Positions 51,042-63,930 are shown, counted from the whole stretch's first letter. The stretch is 63,930 nt of DNA, filler included, from Lama guanicoe (GCA_013239625.1; 130 parts of 130 records of this genome joined end to end with filler, not necessarily neighbours in it); one strand, 5' to 3'. The notes: generated from the letters alone by a model not told the origin. Program-made: numbers and translations.

Positions 51042-51680
51042 GTCGCTTCCTTCTCCTTCCCTTCAACTTCACCCTTTCTTTCTCCTNNNNNNNNNNNNNN
51101 NNNNNNNNNNNNNNNNNNNNNNNNNNNNNNTTAATTAATTAANNNNNNNNNNNNNNNNNNNNNNNNNNNNNNNNNNNNNNNNNNNNTTATGCACATAATA
51201 TGAGCCTAAAAATGTGATTCTGATCCACAATCTCATTTAATTCATGCTAAAATTATCAGGCAGGTAAAGAAACTGCAGATTAGCTTGTTTAAGGTCCTGT
51301 TCAAGGTTACATTCTTCTAGAACCAGAACTTGATTCCAGAAATTGCTTCAAATTCATTTTACTGGTCTGTCTTCCTAGACTCCAGGGATTATATTATATG
51401 GATTTCATTAAAACAGGTTTCTGTGGTTCTCTCCTTTACTTTCAATGAAAAAACACATTTTCTGTTTCCAATGCTCTAGGCATGTGCAACCCGGGGGCCA
51501 ATAGTTCTGAGGCACATGGTTCTGGAAGTAAGGATTCTGGAAGTCACGTTTATCTGCATAAGATCCAAGGAGATTCTGTGNNNNNNNNNNNNNNNNNNNN
51601 NNNNNNNNNNNNNNNNNNNNNNNNTTAATTAATTAANNNNNNNNNNNNNNNNNNNNNNNNNNNNNNNNNNNNNNNNNNNN

Positions 51681-52074
51681 CCATGACTCACACAACAGCT
51701 GCTTTTCGACTTCCCTTTTGTCGCTCCCAAGTAATCAATCATTTCATCTGTGACTTGTCCCCTCTGCTTTCTCTCATGTGTGCAGACACCCAGATCAATA
51801 AGTTGCTAGTTTTCATTGTGGCTGGAGCTATCCTCGTGGTCAGTAGCCTGACCATTGTCATCTCCTATTTTTACATTCTCCTTGCCATCCTGAGGGTCTG
51901 CTCTGCTGCTGGGAGGTGCAAAGACTTCTCCATGTGCTCTTCCTGTTTCACAGCCGTTTCCATCTTGTACGGGGCTCTCTTCCCTATCTATGTGAGGCCA
52001 GGGGCAGTTTTCTCTTTGAACCTCGATAAAGTGGTGTCCATATTCTACACAGCAGTCATCCCCATGTTGAATCC
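51681..52074 (+). CDS. Olfactory receptor fragment (family 5, OR5G-like), TM4-TM7; possibly a pseudogene
   Basis: Open frame with OR motifs LPFC..VINHFICD..PLLSL.C, SY..IL.AILR and FYTAVIPMLN. The KAFSTCxSH motif reads KDFSMCSSC. Confidence 0.9.
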
Positions 52075-52460
52075 NNNNNNNNNNNNNNNNNNNNNNNNNN
52101 NNNNNNNNNNNNNNNNNNTTAATTAATTAANNNNNNNNNNNNNNNNNNNNNNNNNNNNNNNNNNNNNNNNNNNNGGGCAGAATGTGGTGGCGGTATCTTT
52201 CGTGTGAGGAAAAGCAGACAGGTCTTCTGGGTCTTGTTTGGGAGCAGGCTTGGCTGTGGGTGTGCAAACAGTGACCTGGGACAGGGCCTAGATAAGCTGC
52301 GAACTGAGTTTTGTGGATGTGGTCTGGCCCGTTCCAGTAGTTGTGTGTGGGGCCTGGTTGGTGTGGTGGTGGGGACGTTATGGTTGGGGACCCAGCCGTC
52401 CCTTCCGGCCGTTTGCCCACCCCCCACTGCCCGTCCCCAGCCAACCCTTGTCGTCCTCAC

Positions 52461-52568
52461 TGTGCCGCACTCGCAGCGTCCGGTACCGCAGGAGCCGCAT
52501 CCCTAGGGTCTTAGCTGCCGGCGTGAAGAGGAGGGGCGCGTATGCGCGTGTGCGCACTGATGCGCGTA
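52461..52568 (-). promoter_or_regulatory. CpG-rich promoter/first-exon candidate with NRF1-like GCGC motifs
   Basis: gcgcgtatgcgcgtgtgcgcactgatgcgcg at 52536-52566. The minus strand has an ATG at 52500 and a donor-like CA|GTGAGG at 52461/52460. Confidence 0.45.
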
Positions 52569-53162
52569 NNNNNNNNNNNNNNNNNNNNNNNNNNNNNNNN
52601 NNNNNNNNNNNNTTAATTAATTAANNNNNNNNNNNNNNNNNNNNNNNNNNNNNNNNNNNNNNNNNNNNGGTCCTCCACCTGGCTTGCAGCGAGGTGGACA
52701 CGGTGCTCCAGGTCAGAGCCAGTTGTGCTGGGATACCCATCAGCCCCGAGCAGATCCCTGGGAGAGCCCTGGGTGATGTCTGTGTTGGAGGCATGTCCCA
52801 CTGATTTCTGGGCCATGGTGGTGGGGACTCCTCCATATCCAGACCCACCTGGAGTCTGCGCTGGTCCTCAGAAGAGTGGCAAACCAGCCCTTCACTTGGG
52901 GAGGGGGCTTTGGTGTTCTTATTCATCAGCTTCTGTTCAGTATGTGGTCTCTGGCTGTGCAATGACAGTGACCAGCAGCTGACCTGGCCTGGAATTCTCA
53001 GGGCCCTGCCCGTCCAGGAACACTCCTGATTCTGTCCACTCGACCCTCTGCTGCCAGATCAGNNNNNNNNNNNNNNNNNNNNNNNNNNNNNNNNNNNNNN
53101 NNNNNNTTAATTAATTAANNNNNNNNNNNNNNNNNNNNNNNNNNNNNNNNNNNNNNNNNNNN

Positions 53163-53556
53163 ACGAGGTAAATTTCTCACTATTTGGGTGACATAATACT
53201 ATATATGGAAAGCTCTAAAAGCTCCACACAAAAAACAACTAGAGCTAATAAAAGAATTCAGCAAGGTAGCAGGATACAACATCAACATACAGGAATCAGT
53301 GCTATTCAAATACATCAAAGTAATAATCCTTTTTAATATTGAATCCAAAAAAAAGGACTCAGGAATAAATCTGACCCAGGAATTGAAAGACTTACATGCG
53401 GAGACCTACAAAACACTGAGCAAGGAAATTAAAGAGGACTTAAAAGAAGAAAGATAGTCCATGTTCAAGCATTGTAAAAATTAATGTTGTGAAAATGGCC
53501 ACACCGCCCAGAGCAATCTACAGATATAATGCGATCCCTATCATAATACCCAGGAC
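53163..53556 (+). mobile_element. L1 ORF2 RT fragment, disrupted
   Basis: Degraded FADD region (ctatttgggtgacataata), then ctagagctaataaaagaattcagcaaggtagcaggatacaa...gcaatctacagat. Confidence 0.9.
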
Positions 53557-54289
53557 NNNNNNNNNNNNNNNNNNNNNNNNNNNNNNNNNNNNNNNNNNNN
53601 TTAATTAATTAANNNNNNNNNNNNNNNNNNNNNNNNNNNNNNNNNNNNNNNNNNNNGAATATTTAGGTTCACTCTTAGCCCCATCACTTAGAAGCTGTGT
53701 CAGTTTAAGCAAGAATTTAATCTCCTTGTAAAATCTAAAAAAGCCAAATTGATAGAAACAGAATAGAATGTAGGTTGTCAGGGGCTGGGAGGTGAGAAAA
53801 TGAGAGATGTTGCTCAGAGAGAACAAAATTCTAGTTATTAATTAAGCTCTGGAGACATAATTTTTAAAAAGGAATTGATTTTTTAAATACAAATAAAAAT
53901 TTCTATTCAGTAGTTTGAATTGTAAAGTGCTTTAGTTACATTGTATTTAATTTTTATTTCTATACATGTTTCAATTTATTTTGTTAACAACCCATCTTCT
54001 ATTGGTGTTTGAGTTAGAGCTCCCTCTTCAGATATCTTTGCCTTCTTCAANNNNNNNNNNNNNNNNNNNNNNNNNNNNNNNNNNNNNNNNNNNNTTAATT
54101 AATTAANNNNNNNNNNNNNNNNNNNNNNNNNNNNNNNNNNNNNNNNNNNNATTGTGATGCTTTGTTTAATTTCTAGACCTACATTTATTTTTAGACCCAA
54201 AACAATTTGATTTAACTAATAGGTAACCAGGCAGAAGGACTCCATATTGAAATTACATACAGTAGTATTAGTCTATTAGGTAGGACAGA

Positions 54290-54544
54290 GAATCAGAATG
54301 AGCTCATATTCTTTTGGAAGAAATAATGGTGTATAGTTGCAGCTTACCCAGGGCTATGTCAACTTTCTTGCTTCCTTCCATATCATCTGAAGAGATGCAG
54401 ACTATTTAGACGTACTATAAAATATCACAGTACACTGAACTGATGAGATCATATAAATGAGATTGGATGAGTAAGATTCACCTAGTGCATTGAAGATCTT
54501 GGTAAGACATGCACTCCAGAGGGAGAAACTAAAGATTCAGAGAC
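54290..54544 (+). mobile_element. ERVL pol/RT remnant
   Basis: ttacccagggctatgtcaact (LPQGYVN-like)...aatatcacagtacac...ttggtaagacat...aagattcagagac is colinear with ERVL RT. Confidence 0.65.
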
Positions 54545-55138
54545 NNNNNNNNNNNNNNNNNNNNNNNNNNNNNNNNNNNNNNNNNNNNTTAATTAATTAA
54601 NNNNNNNNNNNNNNNNNNNNNNNNNNNNNNNNNNNNNNNNNNNNTGGTCCCTTCTTTGTATCTTTAGGTAAAGAAGATTAATGCTTACTTATTATAAGTG
54701 CTTTGGGGCTATTATGAGTCAATTTTCATCATTTGAACTTTTCCTCCTTCCCAATAATCCTTCATTGGGCAGCCTCTTGCTTATCTTGACTCAGAAGAGT
54801 CCATTCCACAGGAGATGGCTTTATCCAACAACATTTATTTCTGTCTGGTGCCATCATGACCTCCCAGGGCTCCTGGAGGATGTTACTGTTGAATTCTAAA
54901 GCTCTTTACAGTCTACCTGTTGGGATTCAGAAAAATGAAAAATTAAAGTTTTATGTAAGACTAGAATAAAATTAAGGAAGGAAAAAAATGTATGCTGGGC
55001 CTTTGACTCTGACCTTAGGATCATGTCAAAGAGGAGTCNNNNNNNNNNNNNNNNNNNNNNNNNNNNNNNNNNNNNNNNNNNNTTAATTAATTAANNNNNN
55101 NNNNNNNNNNNNNNNNNNNNNNNNNNNNNNNNNNNNNN

Positions 55139-55532
55139 ATATCTATATCTATATCTATATCTATATCTCACATCTTCTTTATCCATTTATCTATTATAAA
55201 TGGTGCTACAATGAACATAAAGGTGCATATGTCTTTTTGAATTAGTATTTTTATATTCTTCACATAAATACCCAAAAGTGGAATTGCTAAATCATATGAT
55301 AATTCTATTCTTAATTTTTTGAGGAACCACCATACTGTTCTCCACCGTGGCTGTAGCAATTTATGTTCCCACCAGCTGTATACAAGGGTTCCCTTTTCCT
55401 TACATCCCCTCTTATTATTCCTTGCCTTCTTAATAATAGCCATTCTATCAGGCATGAGGTGTGATTTTTATTTCCCTGGTAATTGGTGATGTTGAACATC
55501 TTTTCATGTCCCTGTTACCTGTCTGTATCTAT
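55139..55532 (-). mobile_element. L1 ORF2 C-terminal fragment
   Basis: Minus ORF ...WWFLKKLRIELSYDLAIPLLGIY...KDICTFMFI...DKWIKKM. Confidence 0.92.
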
Positions 55533-56139
55533 NNNNNNNNNNNNNNNNNNNNNNNNNNNNNNNNNNNNNNNNNNNNTTAATTAATTAANNNNNNNNNNNN
55601 NNNNNNNNNNNNNNNNNNNNNNNNNNNNNNNNTTACATAAATTCAGAGTTTTCTTGTTTTAAAAATTTTCTAGGCAAAAGTAAATATTCTGTTAAGACTT
55701 ATCATGAGAAAGTCAGGTTATCCCCCTGGGACATTTTCTTAACTTCCCTTGCCCTCTATGTAATGAAATACATAGAAATAAACACATAGTTAAAGTATAG
55801 TGTAATGTTATAATTACTGTTCAACAAATATTTCTGGAAATATTAGAATTATGATGTAATCTACTATCCATTATTTTGCTTTTACCATTATAAACTAGTT
55901 GATTTATTTGCTTGACAGACATTCATATCCAATAGAATTTTGTAATTTTTAAAAAATAACTGTTCTGCACATGAAGTTAAGAACTTTTACAATCAGAATT
56001 ACTTGCTGCTGGTTTCCTTATTGCAANNNNNNNNNNNNNNNNNNNNNNNNNNNNNNNNNNNNNNNNNNNNTTAATTAATTAANNNNNNNNNNNNNNNNNN
56101 NNNNNNNNNNNNNNNNNNNNNNNNNNTTTTTTTGAAATC

Positions 56140-56375
56140 TCTTTAATATCTTACCTAATAGAAAACAGTTGGATTCTCGCAACTATTTCTGTATTCACTC
56201 TATTGCACCATCACATGTATGTAGTCTCTGGAAAACTCCACTGCAAACTTGTAAGAGGATGAGAGTAAGAAAGGCAAATAGCATCCTGGTACTATTATTG
56301 AAATAGCTTTGACTTTATGGACTCCTTGAGATGATCAATGCCGTCCTTAGTGTTCTGAGAAACACCGCACTTGAA
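56140..56375. mobile_element. hAT-Charlie DNA transposon remnant
   Basis: ttggattctc...tctctggaaaactccactg...aaggcaaatagcatc...aaatagctttgac resembles recalled Charlie/MER elements. Confidence 0.5.
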
Positions 56376-57608
56376 GATCTCAGAGTTCTTTCCAGGCCTT
56401 CAATTCTATTCCTAGCAAGGTTATTCTCCTACTTTGAGTTCCTAAACCAAAATCATGTATAATTCTTCTTTTTCTAAGAAGGAGAAGTAAACATAAGAAT
56501 GAGTAACTTTGGATTTTTTTNNNNNNNNNNNNNNNNNNNNNNNNNNNNNNNNNNNNNNNNNNNNTTAATTAATTAANNNNNNNNNNNNNNNNNNNNNNNN
56601 NNNNNNNNNNNNNNNNNNNNTTGATTTCACTTTTCAACTTTTTTACTGAGATATAATTGATCTATAACATTATGTTAGTTTCAGGCTCATAACATAATGA
56701 TTCAGTATATGTATATATTGCAAGATCATCACCACCATAAATCTAGTTAACATTCATCATAACACATGATTACAATTTTTTCAAATTCTTCTTTTGTCAA
56801 TTCATGTCTTCCCTTGTTTAATTCTTGGTCAGTCCAACTAAAACTATGTCAGTTTTGTTTTTATCAAAAGCCAGCATTTGTTTTTATCAATTTCTTTTGT
56901 CAGTTTCAATGATTTTGCCATTAATCCTTTCTTTTGTGTCTTTTGGGCTCAGTTTGCTCTTCTTTTTCTAGTCATTCAAGGTAGAAGCTTAGGCTATTGC
57001 TTTAAGACATTTTTNNNNNNNNNNNNNNNNNNNNNNNNNNNNNNNNNNNNNNNNNNNNTTAATTAATTAANNNNNNNNNNNNNNNNNNNNNNNNNNNNNN
57101 NNNNNNNNNNNNNNAAAAAAAATAAAAAGAACCCAGATCCAAAGGGGCAAGTACCATTACCAAATATATTTCTTACTTTTATGAGCCTGCCTCTTGAAAT
57201 ACAAAAATGTGATTAAAGATTATTTAAGCTCTTATATATCAAAGTTTTAAAAAAGGATGGCTATATAACAGTATGGTGGTATTTGTTTAGAAATGAGTAT
57301 TAGAAAGTATGTTATTATTTTCTGTGATGCAAATAAACACAAGAAAAAATGATGAGATTACGTACCAGAAAGAGTATGTTTGCATTTTCCCGAGTATGCT
57401 GAATTCTACAACGGGATTCAGAATTTGAAATCATTTATCTATGCTAACTGGTTTAAGAAAGAAATTATCTGAACAGCTTTGGATCAGAAGGCAAATAGCC
57501 AAAAAAAANNNNNNNNNNNNNNNNNNNNNNNNNNNNNNNNNNNNNNNNNNNNTTAATTAATTAANNNNNNNNNNNNNNNNNNNNNNNNNNNNNNNNNNNN
57601 NNNNNNNN

Positions 57609-58002
57609 TCAGGGCCACCACAGAATGGGGCACTTTTTACATTTAAAGTCTGTCCCAGGGTGCGTTTGCCTTGTTGAGCAGGGGGGCTGTGGCAGTGACG
57701 GCCCGTATACAGGGTGGCCATCCTGATGCTACAGGGTCCAGTCTTTTAGACAAATAGGCCACAGGGCGCTGCCATGGCCCCACATTCTGAGTCAGGACTC
57801 CAAGAGCAGTTTGGTCTCTTTCATGCACAAACAGGTTAAACTCTCGCGTTACATCTGGTAAGCCTAGTGCTGGGGCTTGGGTGAGCAGTTCTTTTAATTG
57901 CCTAAAGGCATTTTCTTGTTCAGTTTCCCACTTGAGGGCTTCCTTTCCTGACTCAGCAGTTGCTTTGTAGAGGGGCTTGGCTATTCTTGAAAACCCGGGG
58001 AT
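57609..58002 (-). mobile_element. Gammaretrovirus-like (class I) ERV pol fragment (RT thumb/connection)
   Basis: Minus frame IPGFSRIAKPLYKAT...AFRQLKELLTQAPALGLPDVTREFNLFVHERDQTALGVLTQNVGPWQRPVAYLSKRLDPVASGWPPCIRAV, then frameshifted TLGQTLNVK and VPHSVVAL. Confidence 0.93.
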
Positions 58003-61000
58003 NNNNNNNNNNNNNNNNNNNNNNNNNNNNNNNNNNNNNNNNNNNNTTAATTAATTAANNNNNNNNNNNNNNNNNNNNNNNNNNNNNNNNNNNNNNNNNN
58101 NNGCACCCTTCCTCTCAAATAACATAAATGCAATAAGTCCATGTGAAATGTAGTGTAGTTTCCCAGAAATACCAAGAGTCCATTTATTTTCCTTAGAGGT
58201 AAGCCTGCTAATAGACTGAAAGCAAGTAAAACAAAACAAAGGAAAAACTGAACTTTTAGAAATAGAAGCCATAATAAGGGTTTAAAACTCACTGGATATG
58301 TTTAAAAGCAAATTAAGAAACAATTAATGAACTAGAATTTGGATCAGAAGTCAGAATGCAGCTAAGAGAAACAAAACATATAAATATTAAAGAGAGGGGA
58401 AGAGAGTGAGAAGGTCTAATGTACATTTGATCAGAGTTCCAGAAGGAGAGAAGATAAATGGACCAGAGGTAATATGTAAAGATAGAATGAAAATGANNNN
58501 NNNNNNNNNNNNNNNNNNNNNNNNNNNNNNNNNNNNNNNNTTAATTAATTAANNNNNNNNNNNNNNNNNNNNNNNNNNNNNNNNNNNNNNNNNNNNAAAA
58601 AAAAAAGAATGAAGAAAAAAATCTCACTCAAAATATCATGTGAGAGGAAGTATTTTTCCTGACTCATCTTGCTAGGGTTACTTTTTTTCACAAGTGAAAG
58701 GTTGGTAAGTCAGTCTTAGAGTGAACGTGCAAGCAAAATATGGAGGAAAGAGACATCTTTTATTTACCCACTGTATCTCCACAAAGTCACAGTTGTGGCA
58801 GACTTGAGTGAGAGACTACTACACATTTGTAGATGTGACAGTGACAGTAGACCACCCCTTGGGAATCAGGACTGTTGAAAGGTTACATTCCCCTAAAACA
58901 ACACATGTAGTAGTTCATGGATTACGAATACGAGAAACAAATAAAAAAGGTGTTATTTGTGGAAAATAATAAAACTTAGTGAGACTGACANNNNNNNNNN
59001 NNNNNNNNNNNNNNNNNNNNNNNNNNNNNNNNNNTTAATTAATTAANNNNNNNNNNNNNNNNNNNNNNNNNNNNNNNNNNNNNNNNNNNNCTCCGCACAT
59101 GGCTGTTCATCTTTTTCAACCCAAAGCGATCAAAAATTAGGTGACCGCAGTCAGTGGCTCTAAAAACGGAAACAAACTGATGTCAGATTCACTCCTCTTA
59201 AAGTGCTGCTTCCGTTTGTCTGGGCGACTCTGAAAACTCACCGGTGTCTTCCAGCTCGAAAACAAAAGAACTAGTTCTGAAACCATTGTATTATAAAGTT
59301 GTTTAAACAGCCTTCAGCTACAATCAGAAGAGTAAAACTCACTGTGCGAACAGCACTGCAGCAGTAATAGCAACCTACCACATCCAATAAAATCCCTCGT
59401 TCACAATAGCAATAAAAATAGGAAATTCCCACTGTAGGAATTCACCCCAAGGGTATGTCCTTGCATTTGAACCTAACAGTTTATNNNNNNNNNNNNNNNN
59501 NNNNNNNNNNNNNNNNNNNNNNNNNNNNTTAATTAATTAANNNNNNNNNNNNNNNNNNNNNNNNNNNNNNNNNNNNNNNNNNNNTCGTCTGCAAACAGGC
59601 CACTCTGCTCCTTCCCTTCCAGTCTGACTCTCTGCTTTTCCCTGTCTTACCGCTCTGGCTGCAGCTTCCTGCCCTAGACGGAACGGCAGTGGTGAGCGTG
59701 GGCGCTGGACTCTGGTCTCCTTCCTGATCTCGGAGGAAAGGCTCTGAAACGTTCACCACAGAGCACAGCGCCAGCTGTGCGCGTGTGTGGATTTCACCGT
59801 GTTGAGCGAGTTCCTTCTGCACCTAATCTGGTTAAGAGAGTATGCCAGGGACGGGTACTGAACTCTGTCAAAGGCCCTTCCTGTGCCTACTTAGACGGCC
59901 GTATGAGTCTTTATTCCTTCCGTCAATGTATCACATTTAACCACCTGTGTGTCCCCCAACATAAATCCTACGTGGTCANNNNNNNNNNNNNNNNNNNNNN
60001 NNNNNNNNNNNNNNNNNNNNNNTTAATTAATTAANNNNNNNNNNNNNNNNNNNNNNNNNNNNNNNNNNNNNNNNNNNNTTTTTAACAAAAATGAGCATAG
60101 AGCTACTCTAAGAACATCAATCACTTGGAGACACGCTGGGTGGGACCCGAGTATTCAGAAAGTTCAGAGCACTGATTTCTTAGCCAGGGATGAACTCAGT
60201 GGATGGCTAATTGGAGTTTGCTGCCTTCCTTTGCTTTCTGAATTGTGCCTGTGTTATTTCTAACCTCAAATTTGGCTCCCTCCAGTCATGCAGAGGGATT
60301 ATTACCATCACGGCATCTTACCACAAGACATGACTCATCATGACCATTTTCCAATGATGAAAAACTCACACAGGTAGCAATATCCTTCTTTGCAGGTAAG
60401 ATATCTTGTCCCTTGTAGGTCACATGCCCAGCATTACTGGTTTCCCAGCTGTCATGACATTAAAAGAATAGTNNNNNNNNNNNNNNNNNNNNNNNNNNNN
60501 NNNNNNNNNNNNNNNNTTAATTAATTAANNNNNNNNNNNNNNNNNNNNNNNNNNNNNNNNNNNNNNNNNNNNGGGGGACTATGGAACCACAGCTCTGCTC
60601 AGGACAGCTCGTCTGAGGACAATAGACCCAGCCAGCACCTTTATTTATTTATTTATTTTAATTACTTTCCTCTTCCTCCCATTAAACGCCTCCTCCTTTG
60701 TTCTTAATTTGAAAGCATCCCCATCCCCATTTAATTACAGGGCTTTTGATTGACAGGAGCAGAGGACAGGAAGCAAAAAGAAAGCTGTCTCCTTCATGTC
60801 CTGTCTGACACGATATAATGAATGTCTGATGGCTAGTTTAGTTTTTTTCCTTGACAACTTAAATATTTGAAGATGAAATGTGGAATGTAAGAGCATAATG
60901 CCAGAGACCAGAGAGAGAGATTAAAAAAAAAAAAAAAGAAGGAGATGAAGAAGAAGAAGAAGAAAGNNNNNNNNNNNNNNNNNNNNNNNNNNNNNNNNNN

Positions 61001-63042
61001 NNNNNNNNNNTTAATTAATTAANNNNNNNNNNNNNNNNNNNNNNNNNNNNNNNNNNNNNNNNNNNNCCTGCGTCAGGCTGTCACTTCTAGACTTGCCTTG
61101 GCAGCTGCTTTCAATTATAGTTTGGGGAAAGAGAGAACCAAACTTGTTAAGACTATTTCCAGAGTAAAACTAGTTTCATGTCATCCATGTTGGTTATCAG
61201 AGGATAACATTTTGGGCTTAATATTTTTTGTTGTATTTTGGATACGTCAAATTACCAGCAAAGGAAATTCTAGATCAGAGAGACATTAATTGTATGGTAT
61301 ATTACAAAGCACTGATGAAATTGAAAGTAAACTATATAGAGGAATAAAAACAAGAGTGGTAGTTATGCTGAACAAAAGGCTAGAGGAACTTTCCAAGCTC
61401 CTGTGTTTAGCCATATGAACATTTGCAGAGTTTTGCCCTGAAGTGTCACATGTGTGATTANNNNNNNNNNNNNNNNNNNNNNNNNNNNNNNNNNNNNNNN
61501 NNNNTTAATTAATTAANNNNNNNNNNNNNNNNNNNNNNNNNNNNNNNNNNNNNNNNNNNNTGGAAAGGAAACCCTCTATACTTTCTTCCCTTAACCTGAA
61601 TCCTGCTCACCCTACCACCTTCATGCAGGGCATAAGGAGATCATCCTTCACTGATCAGCTCCCTCTCCAACTCTAAACTTCACCCACTGCTTGCATTTCT
61701 TCTCTCCAACTAAACCAGACTTCCAGAAGCACCCTCTGGACACTATAATGGACCCCCTTGATTCTCTCCTCAGGGCCAACCTTTGAAGCCTGAGCCACAC
61801 CTCAACAGCTTTGTACTTTGGCCTTTCTCTTCCACCCAGGGCTCCACTCATACCAGTTGCATTTTGCTTAGATTCCTGCACTTTTCCAACAAGTGCCACT
61901 TCAGCCTTAGTTACAGCAATGAAGATTCACCCAAGCCTTACCAGGTCAGGCGTANNNNNNNNNNNNNNNNNNNNNNNNNNNNNNNNNNNNNNNNNNNNTT
62001 AATTAATTAANNNNNNNNNNNNNNNNNNNNNNNNNNNNNNNNNNNNNNNNNNNNGAAATCTTCTGTTCCTGCCCTCTTTCATTCAACACAATTCCTGTGA
62101 TATAATCAAGGTGATATTTAATACCAAGAACTATTAATATTTTTGAGCAAGTTACACTGTTTCAAGTGTTTTCTCTATACTGATTCATTTAATGCTGCCA
62201 GCTGCCCAGCGAATCTTGCTGTTATGACCCTCACTTTGCCGAGAGGCACAAGGACAGGAGGTGGGCAGCCAGTCAGTGCCTCTGGCCCCTGGGCCCACCC
62301 TGCATGGTGCTGTGCTCTCATGCTGATGCCTGACAGGTGAGGAGCCAACACTGCCCAGCCCTGGGGGTGAGCATTCTGGGCAGCGGGGCCACGTCCACGC
62401 AAAAGCAGGAAAGAGCTTGCTGTACTTGCTGGACTGAGGGCCTGTGGTNNNNNNNNNNNNNNNNNNNNNNNNNNNNNNNNNNNNNNNNNNNNTTAATTAA
62501 TTAANNNNNNNNNNNNNNNNNNNNNNNNNNNNNNNNNNNNNNNNNNNNTTATACTTCTTATTTTCACTAATGTATTCTATTATTCCAGTACCTACTTGAT
62601 AAATTGAAACTTTACTTTCAGTATGCACTTGATTACAGGTGTCTAGAGGTGATTATTTAAGTAATTTTTCCACTATTTGATATGGACTTTCAATATCCCT
62701 TTTAAACATTGGCAATAGGGATGTTAGTGCCTTTTAAACCGAATCAGATGAGAGCACCACTTAGAGAGTCTCGTCCATTTTACTTCGTCTGGAATTATTT
62801 CTGGTATCAATAACTTTTCAGTCAGGGCTGAACCAAGGAAACAGAATGACTTTGCTTCCATGTTTGGTGGTGAGCCTGAAGTAATCCAGTCCACCCAGTT
62901 AGCAGTTGGGACAAGAAGCTTGATGCAGAGTCGGGGAGAACANNNNNNNNNNNNNNNNNNNNNNNNNNNNNNNNNNNNNNNNNNNNTTAATTAATTAANN
63001 NNNNNNNNNNNNNNNNNNNNNNNNNNNNNNNNNNNNNNNNNN

Positions 63043-63436
63043 ATATATATATATATATGATATTATATATATATTTCAGTCATAAAAAAGAAAGAAATCC
63101 TGTAATTTGCAATAACATGGATGAGTTTTGAGTGTGTTATGCTAAGTGAAATAAGTCACAGAAAGACAAATACCATATGATCTCACTTATATGTGGAATC
63201 TAAAAGAAATACTCACAGAAACAGAGAACAGATTGATAGTTTCCAAGAGCCAGTGGGGAAATGGTAAGGGAAATGGGCGAAGGTGGGCAAAGGGCACAAA
63301 CTTCCATTCATAAGATGAGTAAGTCTGGGGGATCTAATGTACAGCACAGTGACTATAGTTAATGATATTTTATTGTACACTTGAAATTTGCTAAAAGAAA
63401 AATCTTAAAAGTTCTTTCTACACACACACACACACA
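63043..63436 (+). mobile_element. L1 (L1MA-like) 3' end between (TA)n and (CA)n
   Basis: ttatgctaagtgaaataagtcacagaaagacaaatacc...ggggatctaatgtacagcacagtgactatagttaat. Confidence 0.9.
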
Positions 63437-63536
63437 NNNNNNNNNNNNNNNNNNNNNNNNNNNNNNNNNNNNNNNNNNNNTTAATTAATTAANNNNNNNN
63501 NNNNNNNNNNNNNNNNNNNNNNNNNNNNNNNNNNNN

Positions 63537-63593
63537 TTTCAACCACAGAGGGCATCGGTGCCCCTAACCCCCGAGTTGTTCAAGGGTCACCTG
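63537..63593. mobile_element. Tigger (Tc1/mariner) terminal fragment
   Basis: gcccctaacccccgagttgttcaagggtcacctg followed by TA matches a Tigger2/MER8-type terminal inverted repeat and TA target site. Confidence 0.7.
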
Positions 63594-63930
63594 TATATTT
63601 CACAATTCACAGAAGAGGCGTGAGGAAGGACGAGTCCCTGAGGGTAGCTGCAGACAGAGTGAACCCCTGAAGTTACACCAGCCAGCATACAACTCAAGCT
63701 AGTGAAGCGCTTACGTGACACTCTGGTCCATGAATGTGCTGGTCTTTCTTGTAGTTGTCACATGGCAGTAAAAGTCGAGGCTACGAGTTACAACCTTCTT
63801 CTGAGGATCACATCCCAGGGTGACTATTTCTCTCTGGTCGCCTTGCCTCAGTTTAGCTCCCCTTCAGTCCACCCGCCATACTGTTTTCAGCCAAACGTTC
63901 TGACACACTTTCACGGCTTCGCTTCAAATC

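Noticed and set aside
35910..58002. A multi-gene system formed by dUTPase-protease, POU3F3, the olfactory receptor and RT fragments
   Set aside because: They lie on separate contigs ordered only by length, so there is no evidence of linkage.

Overview
This window is not contiguous genome. It is an artificial concatenation of about 130 short contigs (mostly 391-394 bp, sorted by increasing length), each joined by the same 100-nt spacer N44-TTAATTAATTAA-N44, which places stop codons in all six frames. Adjacent pieces have no demonstrable linkage, so no gene neighbourhood or multi-gene system can be inferred, and I found no credible novel biological system. The contigs are mammalian and probably camelid, judged from tRNA-Ala-derived SINEs of the Vic-1 type and cetartiodactyl-type L1 3' ends. 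Most are L1, L2, MIR, LTR or DNA-transposon remnants, or anonymous non-coding DNA. Recognisable coding fragments are POU3F3, a THADA exon, a fast skeletal myosin heavy chain exon, a GARIN/FAM71 exon, an OR5-family olfactory receptor, a JAKMIP1 retrocopy, and ERV fragments of three classes (betaretroviral dUTPase-protease, gammaretroviral pol, ERVL pol). There are also four tandem repeats: a ~245-bp satellite, a telomere-like GC-rich repeat, and 19-bp and 7-bp minisatellites. Gene and repeat identities come from recalled sequences, not from database searches.
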